Both the position numbers and the translations under genes were made by a program. The notes beneath the pieces are model-generated. The model was not told where the DNA came from, searched no databases, and saw only the letters and a program-made list of their open reading frames with translations. A stretch of DNA of 63,286 bases, filler included, from Diploschistes diacapsis (Eukaryota), in the NCBI GenBank assembly GCA_023645945.1. It is 12 parts of 12 records of this genome, joined end to end, with 100 filler letters (N's around TTAATTAATTAA, not from the genome) between each part and the next. Parts side by side here need not be neighbours in the genome. Positions count along the whole stretch, not along the records: positions 1 to 25,902 come from JALAIB010000195.1; 11 more parts are not named here. The stretch is one strand, 5' to 3'. The first letter of the stretch is position 1; every line of letters starts with the position of its first letter. Below, one piece after another: positions 10,901-23,513 of the stretch.

Positions 10901-13900
10901 TTCCATTATAGCCGTTTTCTCTAAGGGCTACTTTCCAATGGCTTGGTGTCAAAAGCGGACTATTTTTTCTAAAGTCTTCGGTGCTTAGCCACCATCCTGC
11001 TAATACACCAAACACAAATGTCGTCCTAATAGTCTCGGGGATAGTGAGCTCAAAGAGTATTAGCCTTCCACCTGGCTTGAGGAGCGGCCGAATATTCTGT
11101 AGTGTGTAGGCGATGCTCTTTGTCGCGTGAAGGGTGTTGGAGGCTATAACGAGATCGTAGGTACCTGCTTCATAGCCTTGTTCTAAAGCATTTTTCTCAA
11201 GATCCAAGGTCTGGAAAGCCACACGGTGCCCTTGGCCTTGGAAAATTGTACGAGCCTTTTCAAAAAAGCTTGCGGAGATATCTGTGAAAGTATACCTTGT
11301 AAAGCATGCGTCTCTCGTGTGGTGGTTCGTTAAAGTCTTGAGAATGAATTTGGTCATACCTCCAGTGCCACCTCCTACTTCGAGTATATTTGATGCAGGG
11401 AATTTATGAGCAAACAACTCCAGATAGGAAGCTAACTTTGAAGTGGCCGAGTTCATCAATTGAGAAACGTAGTAAGTGTCCATAAGATCGTCGGCGAACA
11501 ACAGTTCCAAAGCATCCATGTTGCCACTGATGATATCAGGAAGATGTTCTCCCAACCTTAAAATAAGCTTGCCATCTGGATGATCGCCTTCGTGAAGGAG
11601 CCGTATGATTTCGTCTTGTAGTTTGGAATCTCTTGCGATGTCCATCCATGTGCCGTATTTGCCGGCGCACATTGAAGCGAGGTAATCACTTCCCATCACG
11701 GATCTCATCCACGTTAGATATTTCTGTAGATGTGGCTTTGGCTCGACTTGCGACTTTCCACACATTCCTAGAAGTGTTTTCGAGATCAGCACTGCAGCAC
11801 CAAGCTCCAGTAACTCGACGCACTTGACCGACATTTCGGAATCTGTGGCAGCGTTGCAGTATTGTTCGATCTGTGTCCGACTGAGGAGTTGGATGTCAGG
11901 TTTCCATGACATACTATAACATAAAGGCCCTCGAGTTGCATCTGTTGAAGCCTCAAGATTTTCAACCGACGTGGCTTGAAGCCCGGATATGACTATAGCA
12001 GGCGTTGAGGTACTGGAATCGAGAACTATCGCAGAAGACATAGCAGTACGCATACCTTCCCATGCGGCGTTGACATAAGCTCGAGCTGTTCCTCCATCGG
12101 ACTGCGGGTTAGAAATCCCCATTCCGGCTATCCACATTCTTTTCAAGCGCGTCGGAAGCATTGCGGACATCCTCAATTGATCTCCTCGAGCAAGAGCTAG
12201 AACCATAAGCTGGAATACGCCGTCCATGGCGGTAGGATGAACAACAAGGGTTCTGAAGCCATCTTGATCCCAATTGCAAGGATGGACGCTTGCAGTAGCA
12301 TTTCGAGCCTTGCGGTCAAACGTGACTTCACTAAGAACTTGGAAGGTTGGGCCGTATTCTAATCCACTTTTCTTTAGGTTCTTGTAGAGGATGTTCGGAG
12401 CGATTGAACTCCTACACCGAGCATCTAGCGCCCTGCAATGTGTGTCAGACTCACGCAAATTCTCCCCTTCTTCAAAGTCACGCGAAGAATCGTTGTTGCT
12501 GTATTCAATGACAACGGTTCCGCGACAGCATTCCGACCATTCTGGGTCCTCGTATACATGAAGACAGAACTCTCGCCAACTTGACGATTTGGTGACGATG
12601 CCAGGAACCTGTCGCAAGGAAATCTCTATTTCGACGCCGTCCCGATCCGGAGAGAGCATGATGGCTTTGCTGAAGGTAACATCCTCAACCCTAAACCCGG
12701 ACACTTTCTTTGCTGGGTCGGCCAAGTACTTGGCGGCCTCAATGGCCAGGACGATCATTCCTGCTCCCGGATACAGAATAGTGTTGTTCACGATATGATG
12801 AGTTACCCAACCTGTATCAGACAGCCTGACTATCTTCCGCCATCTTGCATCGAGAATGTTCCAGTCAGGGACAGTGGAGCCGAGAAGCTCATGCTCTGCA
12901 TGCTCTCGGAACCTGAAGCTTTTACTCAACCTACTTTCTATCCAATGTTGTTGGCCGTGGTTGAAAGGGTAATAAGGAGCATCTGTTAGCATTTGAGGCT
13001 CTTCTGAGCCTGCAGGGAAATTGATCGCAGTAAGTTTGACGGGGACTCCAGAGCAATAGAGATTCCCAGCAGTCTTCAGGGAGCTCTGAAGTGCGCAAAC
13101 ATCTTTGATCAACAAGGAGTTGTATGCGACTGTATCGTATTGGTTGATTGACTTGAGAATGTCCCTGATTGGAATTCTCAGGGCAGAATGGGGACCAATT
13201 TCAAGGATATGGTCAACGCTCTGTCGAGTCTGCCTGGAGTTTGTTTTGAGCGGGGTGCACATCTTCAGCACTGCTTTTGAAAATTGGACAGGTTGTGTGA
13301 GGTTCTGAACCCAGTAATCCGCTGTCTGAAGTTGACCAGCCGATGTTGGCAATCCAGTTAGCGATGAAATGAAAATTGGGATGGCGAGATCTTCAGTTCC
13401 AGATTCAATGTTCCCAATCAATGTTTGGTACTCAGACGCAATGGCATCCATAGACTTTGAATGGTACGCTATGCCAACGTTTAGTTTGCGAGCAAATATT
13501 TCCCGTTGTGACAGTATTGTCCGAATGGCATCGATTTGTGATGCGTCACCACTTAACGTCACGTTCTGAGGACTGTTTATGCATGCGATAGCGACTGAGC
13601 CAGTCTGAATGTCATTAGCTAGCGTCTGCAGATTTGAAATCATTTCGTCTTCCGAAAGTCCCACAGACATCATGGCCTCTGCTGCTACCCTCGTACTGCA
13701 CAAACGTCTGGCAAGAAAACCACGGTAATATGCTATCTTCCACGCTGATTCCCGGGAAATACTTCCAGCGGCATAGGCGGCGGCAATCTCTCCAGATGAG
13801 TGGCCAAGTACAGCAGAAGGTGTAACATTCCAATTCCGAAGAAGTTGGACCAGCGCGACCTGTAACGCGGTACATATAGGCTGGGTTAAGGAAAGATCGT

Positions 13901-16257
13901 CAAGCTTTGAGTTGGCTCTTTCTGAAAGTAGCTCATCTGCGAATCGTGAGCATAATCGACTGACGCTAAGTAATAGACAAACCGATCAAAGACCACTCGC
14001 AGCCCAATGTAGAGAGATATTTATCCGCAGCAGAGAGGCTCTCTTTGAAAGTTTCATACCTCATCAACTCCCTCCCCATGGCCCACCAATGAGCACCCTG
14101 GCCAGTGAAGATATAGCCAAGGTTCTGTTTTTCCATGGACCGAGTAGGTTTGGAACAACGGTCTGATAAAGGTGGCTTGAGCTCCGAAGTCGCTGACGCT
14201 AGGAAAGTCGATTTCCATGGCAATTGGCTACGCTTTTCTGACAGTGTAAACGCGAGATTCTCCATAAATGTTTTATTTATGTGATGCTCCGGCAATGTTA
14301 AGAAATACTCATCGTACGCGGATGCCAAACGATTAATGCCCGCTTCATCAGATGAAGACAGAGTGAACAGTAACGGTCTCATGCCGCCCTTACGTTTCCA
14401 ACCACGTACATTCAGAGACTCGTTGGAACGAGATTTGGAGCACAGATGGGTGGCGACATTTCGGACGGTGCAGTGTTTGCCAGACATACCTCGAGACCTG
14501 AGAAAGTTGTAAGCATCATCAAGTACAACATGAGCATTAGCTCCGCCGAAACCAAACGAGTTGACAGAAGCTCGACGAATGCCTGCTCCAGGCCACACGA
14601 TGGTCCGTCTGGGAAACTTAACAGCTTTCAGCACTCATCTCGTACTTGCGCATGGAATTAATTCTCACCTCCAAGTTCCATTCATGCATGGGGATATTTG
14701 GATTAACACGCTCAAAACAGGCATTCTGGGGTATGATGCCTTTCTCCAAAACCATGATTGTCTTTATCAAACCGGCAATCCCACTTGCGCCTTCCAGATG
14801 TCCAATGTTCGATTTGACCGCACCGACGAGCAAAGGATCCTTCGGGGATCTGTAATGCCCAAAAACTGCATGTATCGCACTCGCTTCTATTGGGTCGCCC
14901 ACTGGAGTGCCAGTACCTGCATCATATGCATCAATACCGAAGATATTGAACAGTTTCGATGCCACGAGATAGCCTGGCAAGGGTATAACGTCGTGTCTGA
15001 TATTACTTACCATGGGCTTCAAAAAAGCGTGTCACCCCGGGATCAAGACCTGCTTTGCGATACGTTTCTCTTATCAACGCTGCCTGAGCTTCACCACTTG
15101 GCTGAGTAATGGCTGGAGTTCTTCCGTCTTGATTTGAACCTGTTGAGGTATATGTTGGCAACACTCAATCCTCCATGCCTCCGGTAGGCTTACCTGTAGC
15201 TCGAATGATGGCTCGTATCGTATCTCCATCCTCGATAGCTTTGGAGAGTAGCTTGATGACGACGACGCCAAAACCCTCTCCACGGGCGTAGCCGTTCGCT
15301 CGCCAGTCAAAGCTGTAACAAATACCGTCCGGCGAAAGGAGGTTCAGGTCCGTCATTGAAAGCATGCTTTCGGGATTATAGAAGAGGTTACATCCGCCTA
15401 CGACTCCCTACCTAACTTTAGCGGGAATCCTTAACCGCAGACAAGGGCGCACCATGTCCGCATCGTGATCGCGTAATCCTTGACACGCCAAATGGAGTGC
15501 GTTAAGACTACTCGAGCACGCAGTATCGATCTGTAGGCTTGGTGCGCCAAAGTTGAAAAACCAACTGAGTCGATTAGCCAGCATTCCAGCTTCGGTACCA
15601 GTGGCAAGGTATTTCGCTGATGTTTGGGGGTCTTTCTCCAACAAAAGTTTATAATCGTTTGTGAAAGAGCCAATAGAGACCGAAGTCTTTGATCCATATA
15701 CCTTTTCCATCTGCATTCCGGCTGGGCACACGTTAGGACTACGAGTGTCTGAGGAAGGCCAGTCATATAGGCTCACCATTCTCGAGTGCTCTGTAGGCTG
15801 TTTCGAGTAATAGTCGTTGTTGTGGATCCATGCAAGCTGCCTCTGCCGGAGTGATTGAGAAGAAAGGCGCATCGAATTCCGCTATATCGGACTTCAAGAA
15901 GTGCCCCCCTTTGACGTTCATCTACCCGGACTGTAAGAATAGAATAGATATGAGTGCAACAGAGGGTAGCTTTACAGTCCCGGTTCTGTTTGGGTTCTGG
16001 TGATAGAAGCTCTCCTGATTGAAACGGTCCTTTGGAATTCCGCTGGAGGTATTTATGCCATCCACCATAATCTTCCAGAACGCTTCGGGAGAAAGTGCTT
16101 CTTGTGGAAACCGTATCGCATACCCGACAATTGCGATAGGTTCGAGGAGGTCCGGCTCTCCCGAGACTTCAACAAGCCTCTCGGCATGGCTATTGCGGTA
16201 AACTGAGTCTGATAGCCCTTCCGACACCTCTAGGAATACTGGCCCGGTGGTGTCCAT
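7902..16257 (-). CDS. Highly reducing iterative type I polyketide synthase KS-AT-DH-cMT-ER-KR-ACP (multi-exon, ~9 introns)
   Basis: [65 protein letters not shown]. c[63 protein letters not shown] introns (e.g. 15975-15922, 8851-8790) restore the frame. Confidence 0.96.
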
Positions 16258-17951
16258 GTGCGCAACTGCGTTCAGCCTGACAGATTCTTAAAGAGAGAGA
16301 GATATTCGTAAGGAATAGGTAAAATAGGTGATGTGAGGTCGTCGAACCCCATCCTAGGACTATGTTTTAGCGATAGGTCTCACAGAATCCCCCCGCTGTT
16401 TACGAGTCTGGGGATGCTGGCGTGCTCATATCATACTTCAAGCGATCAGGAGTGATTGATTCGTCTCCCAGTGAGAAGCCGAAAGCTTTTCTAGTCGGCC
16501 GGACCGTCGAGATGCGGCGCAGCGACAATGGACTCGTTACTCGAGCCATTGTCTTCATGACTTCACCTATCTATAGGCTGGGAGGTGGCAGGGCGGACAC
16601 AAGCGGTGTGAGCCACACGGACGGATCAAACTCAACGATGTCACTGATACAGGTAGTCGGAAAACGACGTGCAACGTTTCGCTCTTCGTCTGCGCGTCGG
16701 ATGTGGCGCAGATTGCTTGCATGAAAGCTTTCCCAGCTTCGGTATCAGCTCTTCTCACGATCCCATTTCTCCCACACTGTATATAGGGTTAGAGCGAGAA
16801 ACCTGTAGCAGATAATGTATGTGCCAGTAGGATTCATCCTTTTACCAGAAGCGAGCCATTCAGAAAGCTTTGTGTTGCTGGACTGGTCGATGAAGCCTTT
16901 GGCAGACCCGGATTAACATGATAGTGGGTAGACTAGTGCAAGTTCTTGTTAGAAGGTTTATGTTATCACTCTGTGGGTAGACTACCTTCGTGCCAAGTCG
17001 CGCTAATATCAATCAGATAAACTAAAAGCTACCTGCCTAGCTAGTGAAACCACGAGTAAATGCTAGCAGCGCAGTGGGCATACCTCCGCGGTGTTTTACC
17101 CATAAAGAGGTAACTTACTTTATATGTAGGTAAACCAACTGGCCTGAATGCTTTGTACTTCATCATGCCGTGGACTTTGTGGTAGCTTTATAACACATCA
17201 TAACACATCATATTACACTAGTATAGGTACTCTGGTGAAGCGCCTGGCCCAGTCGACATATCAAACAACATTATCGACCACTGTCTATATCGGGATGCTT
17301 AGTCTGTATGGTAGTAGCCTCAGCGTTACCATCGCATCCTCCCGATTTTGTGTTCGAAGCTAAGGTAGACAACGGTTGCGTAATGCAAATCTGTCTAGGA
17401 AAGAAAGAAAGAAGCTGCTGTAGATCTCGTTGTTGAGTGTGTGGTTGCAAATAATGGCCAAGGGGTTCTGGTGAATCTGTGCACCTTACAGGGGTTTCAA
17501 GACACCAAGGAGCAGGATCATCGGGTCCTAGGTTGGTAATTCATGCTTGGGAGTGCCTGAACATCGGCTGAAAGCTGTGCCCCAAGGCTGGCACCTAGTC
17601 TAGAGTCTAGGAAAGCCCCATGCCTCTTTATCAGGGAATCCCACAATCCGCTAGCTAGCAAGGTGCAGTGCACCACCTTGAAGGAACCAGCTCGGAGCAG
17701 GATTCGGAGTAGACTCAGGGAACAGATGTGCCGTCAAGTCTTCTAACACAGCATTGCGCCGGCTTCCCACTTGCCTTTGCTCTAGTATACGCGGAAATTG
17801 CGTGGCTCAGACTTGCTACAACGACTCTGCTTTCAACCGGCCAATGAGTTTCCATAAATTGAATTTCAGTCTCTAACCATCGTCATCATCGCTCTAAAGG
17901 GCTTTCTTCCCTTCCATAGGAACTTCAAAAATTTGTCTACCAATATCAAAA

Positions 17952-19138
17952 ATGAACGACTCCCAAGCGAGAGATATTGCCCTCGTGGTAGGGCTAACGG
18001 GTATGTCCACTGTGATTGTCATGCTCAGAATCATCGCTCGAATGAAGGGCAAGGCTACCTTTGGGGCTGATGACTACTGGATATTCGCTGCCGCGGCGCT
18101 CAACTTACCATATATGGGAGTCTACATATGGGGTTTGTTGCTTGCGGATACTGGTCCAGGCATTGCTGACGTGCACAGGGGCAATTCAAGAACAAGGCAA
18201 CCATGATCTGGGCCAGCTTCCCTTGGCCTCTTTGATCGAGTATCTCAAGGTCAGATACTGAGGGCTGTTCTAAAGATCCATACCATCTAACGCCGAATGC
18301 ATAGTCCGTATACATCGACGCTGTGCTGTACTGCATTATCATCACTTTCGCCAAGTACAGCGTGCTTTGTCTCTATCACAGGATCTTTGGCAAGGCTATC
18401 AGACGCGGTATCATTGCCGTGGCCATGATTCAGACTATTTGGATGGTAGTCTGCGTTTGTGAGGGTCTATTTCGATGCAGTCCTGTACAAGGAGCTTGGG
18501 ATGTCACGATTTCGGCCGTCTGTCAAAACTTTCAGCTTATCGTTATAGCTGCGGAGCCTTTCAACTGCTTTCTAGATTTTGTCATGGTGGCACTCCCGAT
18601 CCGCGTGGTCAGGAGTCTACAGCTCCCAGTACGGCACAAGATCGCTGTCTCAGCCATCTTTCTTCTAGGCAGTTTGTAAGTACTGAATCCAGCTGCCCCT
18701 TCTACCGAGTCATCCAAAGCTAAAGCTAGAATACCTAGCGTCGGGATCATGACCATTCTGCGCATCATAGAGACGGCGAACGGAAACGTCAATACCAGTA
18801 ACGTGTGGGTTCTCGCTCAAATGAACACCGGGATAGTTTGCGCTTGCTTGCCAACTCTTCGGGCGATGTTGCCCAGGAACGACGCCATCCTGAATGGTTT
18901 GCGAACTGTTGCTTCCTTACTGGGACGAACATCGACTTCAAGAGCACCTGGACATGGCGCAAGCGGCCCCGACTCTAAATCGAGGAGTAAGAACTCCCGT
19001 TATCGAAATCTCGATAACGACAACATGGCGGATTCGGCGTATCTCACGATAACATCACGAGGATCAGACATTCTCGAGACCGATCGGAATTTTCCGTTGG
19101 ACAGGATTGTTGTGCAGCATGATGTAAGCATAGCTTAG
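17952..19138 (+). CDS. Rhodopsin-domain (PTH11-like, no CFEM) integral membrane protein, 4 exons
   Basis: GADDYWI, AKYSVLCLYHRIF, CSPVQGAWD, DFVMVALP, NTGIVCACLPTLR. Three GT-AG introns give a continuous frame. Divergent from the PKS. Confidence 0.9.
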
Positions 19139-19609
19139 AAAATGTTTAACGAACCCTGGAAGAATTAGATACCGGATCCGGGAATCCAGTTGACCCGCCC
19201 ATGACTCTGGGCTCCTCCTGATAAGTTCAACAACTCGAAGGATCTGCACTGAAACCCCCTTACCTCTCTGGCAAGTCGCACCAATATGCATTGTAACCGT
19301 AACCGTAACCGTATAAAAGGCTCCTTCGAGTGCTTAATTACTTGATGCATTTCAGAGGCGTCATATATAAGCGACTAATACACTCCTGACAGTTCCGGGC
19401 TGAGCTATATAGGAAACGTGGTGGTTGCACAGGAAGATAGATGTATTGGTTCTACAATAATCATTGCAACCATACATAAGATTGCTTCCGAGAGCTAAGC
19501 AAAGCCTACCTTCTGCCGCAGTACGACGCATCTGGCCGGGCAGCAATAAATGTGACCTCCATTCCGTTTGTCTCTAGCAAGTGAACTAGAGCCCATCTCT
19601 ACACTTCAA

Positions 19610-20621
19610 ATGGCCTCATCAGAGCACCGGCTGATCGATCAGGTGGCTACCGTGAGCCCACGGCCCCAGCCAATGCAAGTCATCGCACTGGGGATGTCCC
19701 GCACTGGTACCTACTGTATGTTGTGTCAAAACTCCGAGTCGGGCTTGAAGTCGACGCTAATGGTGGTGCCACGGACCAGCAATGTATACTGCTCTGAACA
19801 TGCTTGGCTACAAGACATACCACTGTGCCGAGATTCGCTTGAGGGCAGCAGGAACATATGATTTATGGATTGAGGCGCTGAGAGCCAAATTCCACGGCAA
19901 GGGAAAGAGGTACGGCAAAGTCGAGTTTGACAAGCTGCTCGGGGATTATAGCGTAAGTTAAGCCACGACCCTTCACCAGTTTCCCCATTTGGACTAACCA
20001 ACACTTGAGCAGGCCATCACGGACATTCCCTGTCTGATGTTCACAGAGGAATTGATTCAAGCCTACCCAGACGCCAAGTTCCTCATCACGACTCGCGACG
20101 AAGACTCCTGGGTGAAATCCATCACGGGGCTCTTCAACACCATCCTCGGCTGGAACTGGTATGTTGCATCATTCGACAGGGTAAGTGTCACGAGTTACCT
20201 TTCAGTGATCATCCCGAATCAAGATCCTACTTAACCTCCCTTCTCCGAACAGCTCAGGGTCCAGTCCTACGTAGAAATGATCACCATCGTCTGGAATCTC
20301 TGGACCGGCGGCAACTGGAAGGACGAGCAAAAGCTCCGTCAATCGTTCCGCGACCATTACGCTCTTGTACGATCCAAGGTGCCCAAGGACAGACTGCTGG
20401 AGTTCCATCCGAGCGACGGCTGGGAGCCTCTGTGCAAGCATCTTGGCATCCGCGACGTCCCTGCGGAGCCTTATCCCCGCGTGAATGACCTGGCGTTCAC
20501 CATCGCCATCTTCGATATTCTATGGTGGGCGACGGCCAAGAAGGCTGCAACGGATGTGGCACTAAAGGTGTTGATTCCCGGGGTGGCGGTGGGTGTAGGA
20601 ATGTTGGTCTATCGGCTCTGA
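19610..20621 (+). CDS. P-loop sulfotransferase-like protein (Sulfotransfer_4 type) with C-terminal hydrophobic anchor, 4 exons
   Basis: VIALGMSRTGT, ALNMLGYKTYH, FDKLLGDY/AITDIP, YPDAKFLITTRD..SWVKS, DGWEPLC..LG, YPRVND. Three introns with CTAAY-like branch sites. Confidence 0.88.
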
Positions 20622-20975
20622 AGGAGCCCGTGTGTGGGTGGGCTAATGGGAGGGGGTTGGATCAGTTGAGGTAGCATTGGACTTGGCCCACATCTACCCC
20701 GTTATAATCTACTGGTTCCTGCATGCGGGGGCATGGCAAGGGAATCAAGTCTCTTAGCCCACGTTTTCTTTTGTTTTGTAACATTTGCCTGTGCCGTGGA
20801 AGAATCGGGCGTACCCTCGCAAGAGGACTTCCACCCGGCTCGGGTAGGACAGTGTCACAGGTGAAAGGGAGGGTGACAAAAAGCACCCGTAGTTTTTCTT
20901 GGCGTGACTTTGGCCTAGAATCAGATTTCCAGGATGCACGCCAAGAACAACTGCAGGACGTTTGATAAGTAGTTA

Positions 20976-21082
20976 CAGTCAGGTGCCAAAAGTAGTTAGG
21001 TACACCATAAGCGGCAGTAAAATAAACAGTCAACTCTTTACTGCCGCTTATGGTGTACCTAACTACTTTTGGCACCTGACTG
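20976..21082. mobile_element. 107-bp Tc1/mariner-type MITE (46-bp perfect TIRs, TA TSD)
   Basis: 20976-21021 is the exact reverse complement of 21037-21082, with a 15-bp spacer, CAGT...ACTG termini and TA on both sides. Confidence 0.9.
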
Positions 21083-23513
21083 TATGAGGATAAAGGGGAA
21101 AGCCAAGAAGGATTTCACTCGGGATCCTTCAAGTCCTAGTACGGTTCCTCCAAGCTGCTACGTTCTCTATCTTCGCCCCCCCTTCCCCTTTTGACATGGC
21201 AACGCCCCAGTCTATGCTTCTCGCAGCTATCCCTGATTCGATGATGCCCAAGCAAAAGCTTCGAAATGAAATGGCCTGACTACAGCGTCGACGAAGGAGA
21301 GCCGGGTTGTAAGAATACTATCCTCCCAAAACAAATGTTGTCGATTCAACTTCATTTGTGAACATGGAATGTGAAGGGTAGATGGTTGTCCTGAAATGTA
21401 TGTGGACGCCCGCTAACAGCTGAACACGGGCTGGAGTTATGTTCTACCGGGCACGTGCCATTTGTCACAGTCGTACACTGTCACGTGATCTAATGCTTGG
21501 ATACCGGATAATCACTTAACCGGCCCCGAAACATCATTGCTTAGTAACCCTTTCGATCAATCTTCTTCGAATTAGTTAGTTGATGTATTATACAAAGGAG
21601 CTCCACTCCAGGGACAATACTGGGACCCACCTAATTAGTACAACAGACATACTAATAGGCAACAAAAACACAGTGGCTCAACCACCCTCACTTTCTTCTA
21701 ACATTGCAAATCCAATCAATATGATTCTAACAAGCCAGCCCCCCTCCCTTCTCCCAACACGCCTCTACCATCCTGCTCGTCGCGCGTATACCGTGGCCGG
21801 CAACGGCTGGGCCATACGCGGCCGCCCTCCATTCCCAGCTCGCTATGGATCCATCCAGCGACGTGAAGAAGCCGCGTATCATGTTATAGAGGACTAGCGG
21901 CGCGCCTATGACAACGAGTATGGTGCCTGCAGTTAGTAAGAGGGCGAAAATGAGCTGGGGGAGGAAGTGGGGGACGCTGGGGGTTGTGGACGACATTTAT
22001 TTGTGCTCGGTGCTGTTTAAAGGTGGGTATGGGGGTATGGTGTTGTGGCTGTTGACGCTGGGAATGAGAGCGTGGAAGCAGTGCTGAGGCTGAGAGACTT
22101 GGGAATAAGATGATGGGTCTTCGATGGCGGGTTATGCTTCGATATATGGGCTATTCTTGGCTTTGGGGTGACAATAAAGTGGTGTAATCGCTTTGTGAGC
22201 TTTTCTTGCCGAACAATGAACTTTATTTGATCCAAAGGAAGGAGCTTCTTTGAACTTATATTAGAATGCCAGGGATATCTATAGATTTTGGTTTTCGCAT
22301 CTCCAAGCTGCGATTCTCTGATCCGATTAGCTTGGAAGAGGTCAAGGGGCACTTCAACATGCCATCTTTCTCGCGAGTTTCGGTGCTTCGGTGCCTAAGC
22401 ATCCCCTGGGGCGACAGGATAATAGCATTCGCATGCTCTTCTTCTGGAATATTCAGAAAATGGAACCGATTTGGAGGAAAACCCGTTGGAACGCAGAACT
22501 TCGTGGTTCAACCACCCCAGACCATCGGAGCTACCAACAGAAGTCAGCGGAATTACTTGGCACTCACACGATCCCAATGCCATTACCATTAAACGGCGTT
22601 GGCGTCTAAGTAGTTAAGGAGGGCTTAATTGTGAGAATCGATCTGTTCCGGATGCGTTTTGCCTTTGAAAATTATGGAGACACTTATCACAATGCCTAAG
22701 AGACACGAGTTGCTTATTGTCACTATCAGCAGCCAAGCGTTTCTTTTTAAGAAACACTGGCAGTCTCCGGCGGCACTTGAAAGAAGTTCTTGCAATGAGA
22801 GAAGATACCGAAGAGGCATTGTGCTTGGATGACGGCTAATATTGATGCGAGTGCTTAAGTACGTGTCTGGGGCGACTTGAGCTTGTTGAAGAGGATAGCA
22901 GTTCATGAGGATAAAGAGAATGATTCGATAACATTAACAGGAATAGTGTTGGAGCTCGACACCAGCTTGACCGTGTAAATGTCATGTTCAATCGACATAA
23001 CATACGTGGGCAATTTCATTGACCCTCGAAGTTGAGATGGAGACCCAGAAGGTACACCAAGAAAACACTAACGATGTGTATGCGGATACACTGGAATCTA
23101 TTCTTGGTTGTGTTAGAATACTCTTCGACCCTGTTGAATCTATGTCTACTGCTTGATAATTGGCTAGAGTGCTTCTCGAAACCGTTTGTTTGCGCTGTCT
23201 GCTGCGTGACAATTGTATTTGTTTATATCGTAGCTGAAAGCACCCGTGTTCATCCAGGTGCTGGTGAATGCATCGGAGTTCACCTCGATGCCAAATGCTG
23301 TCATCATCGATCGTCAAGAAGTGCATTGAAGCTCTTTTTGGCCACAACGCCCACTTACTTATGTTGAAGCTTTCATGGTGTTGTTAGGCACTTGAGCAAC
23401 GGCAGCCTTGGGGTATATATTACTTTCATCTGGTGGCCTCTGATTCCTATTATCTGACCGTGGAACATCTAGGTCGCCCTTGAACAATCACATTCAAATC
23501 TGAAGCTCAAGCC

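Noticed and set aside
7943..15109. Numerous short ORFs overlapping the PKS on either strand
   Set aside because: Shadow ORFs of a long coding sequence, with no motifs of their own.
21727..21996. 89-aa ORF with one hydrophobic segment as a cluster micro-protein
   Set aside because: No recognisable family or supporting signals; cannot be distinguished from chance.
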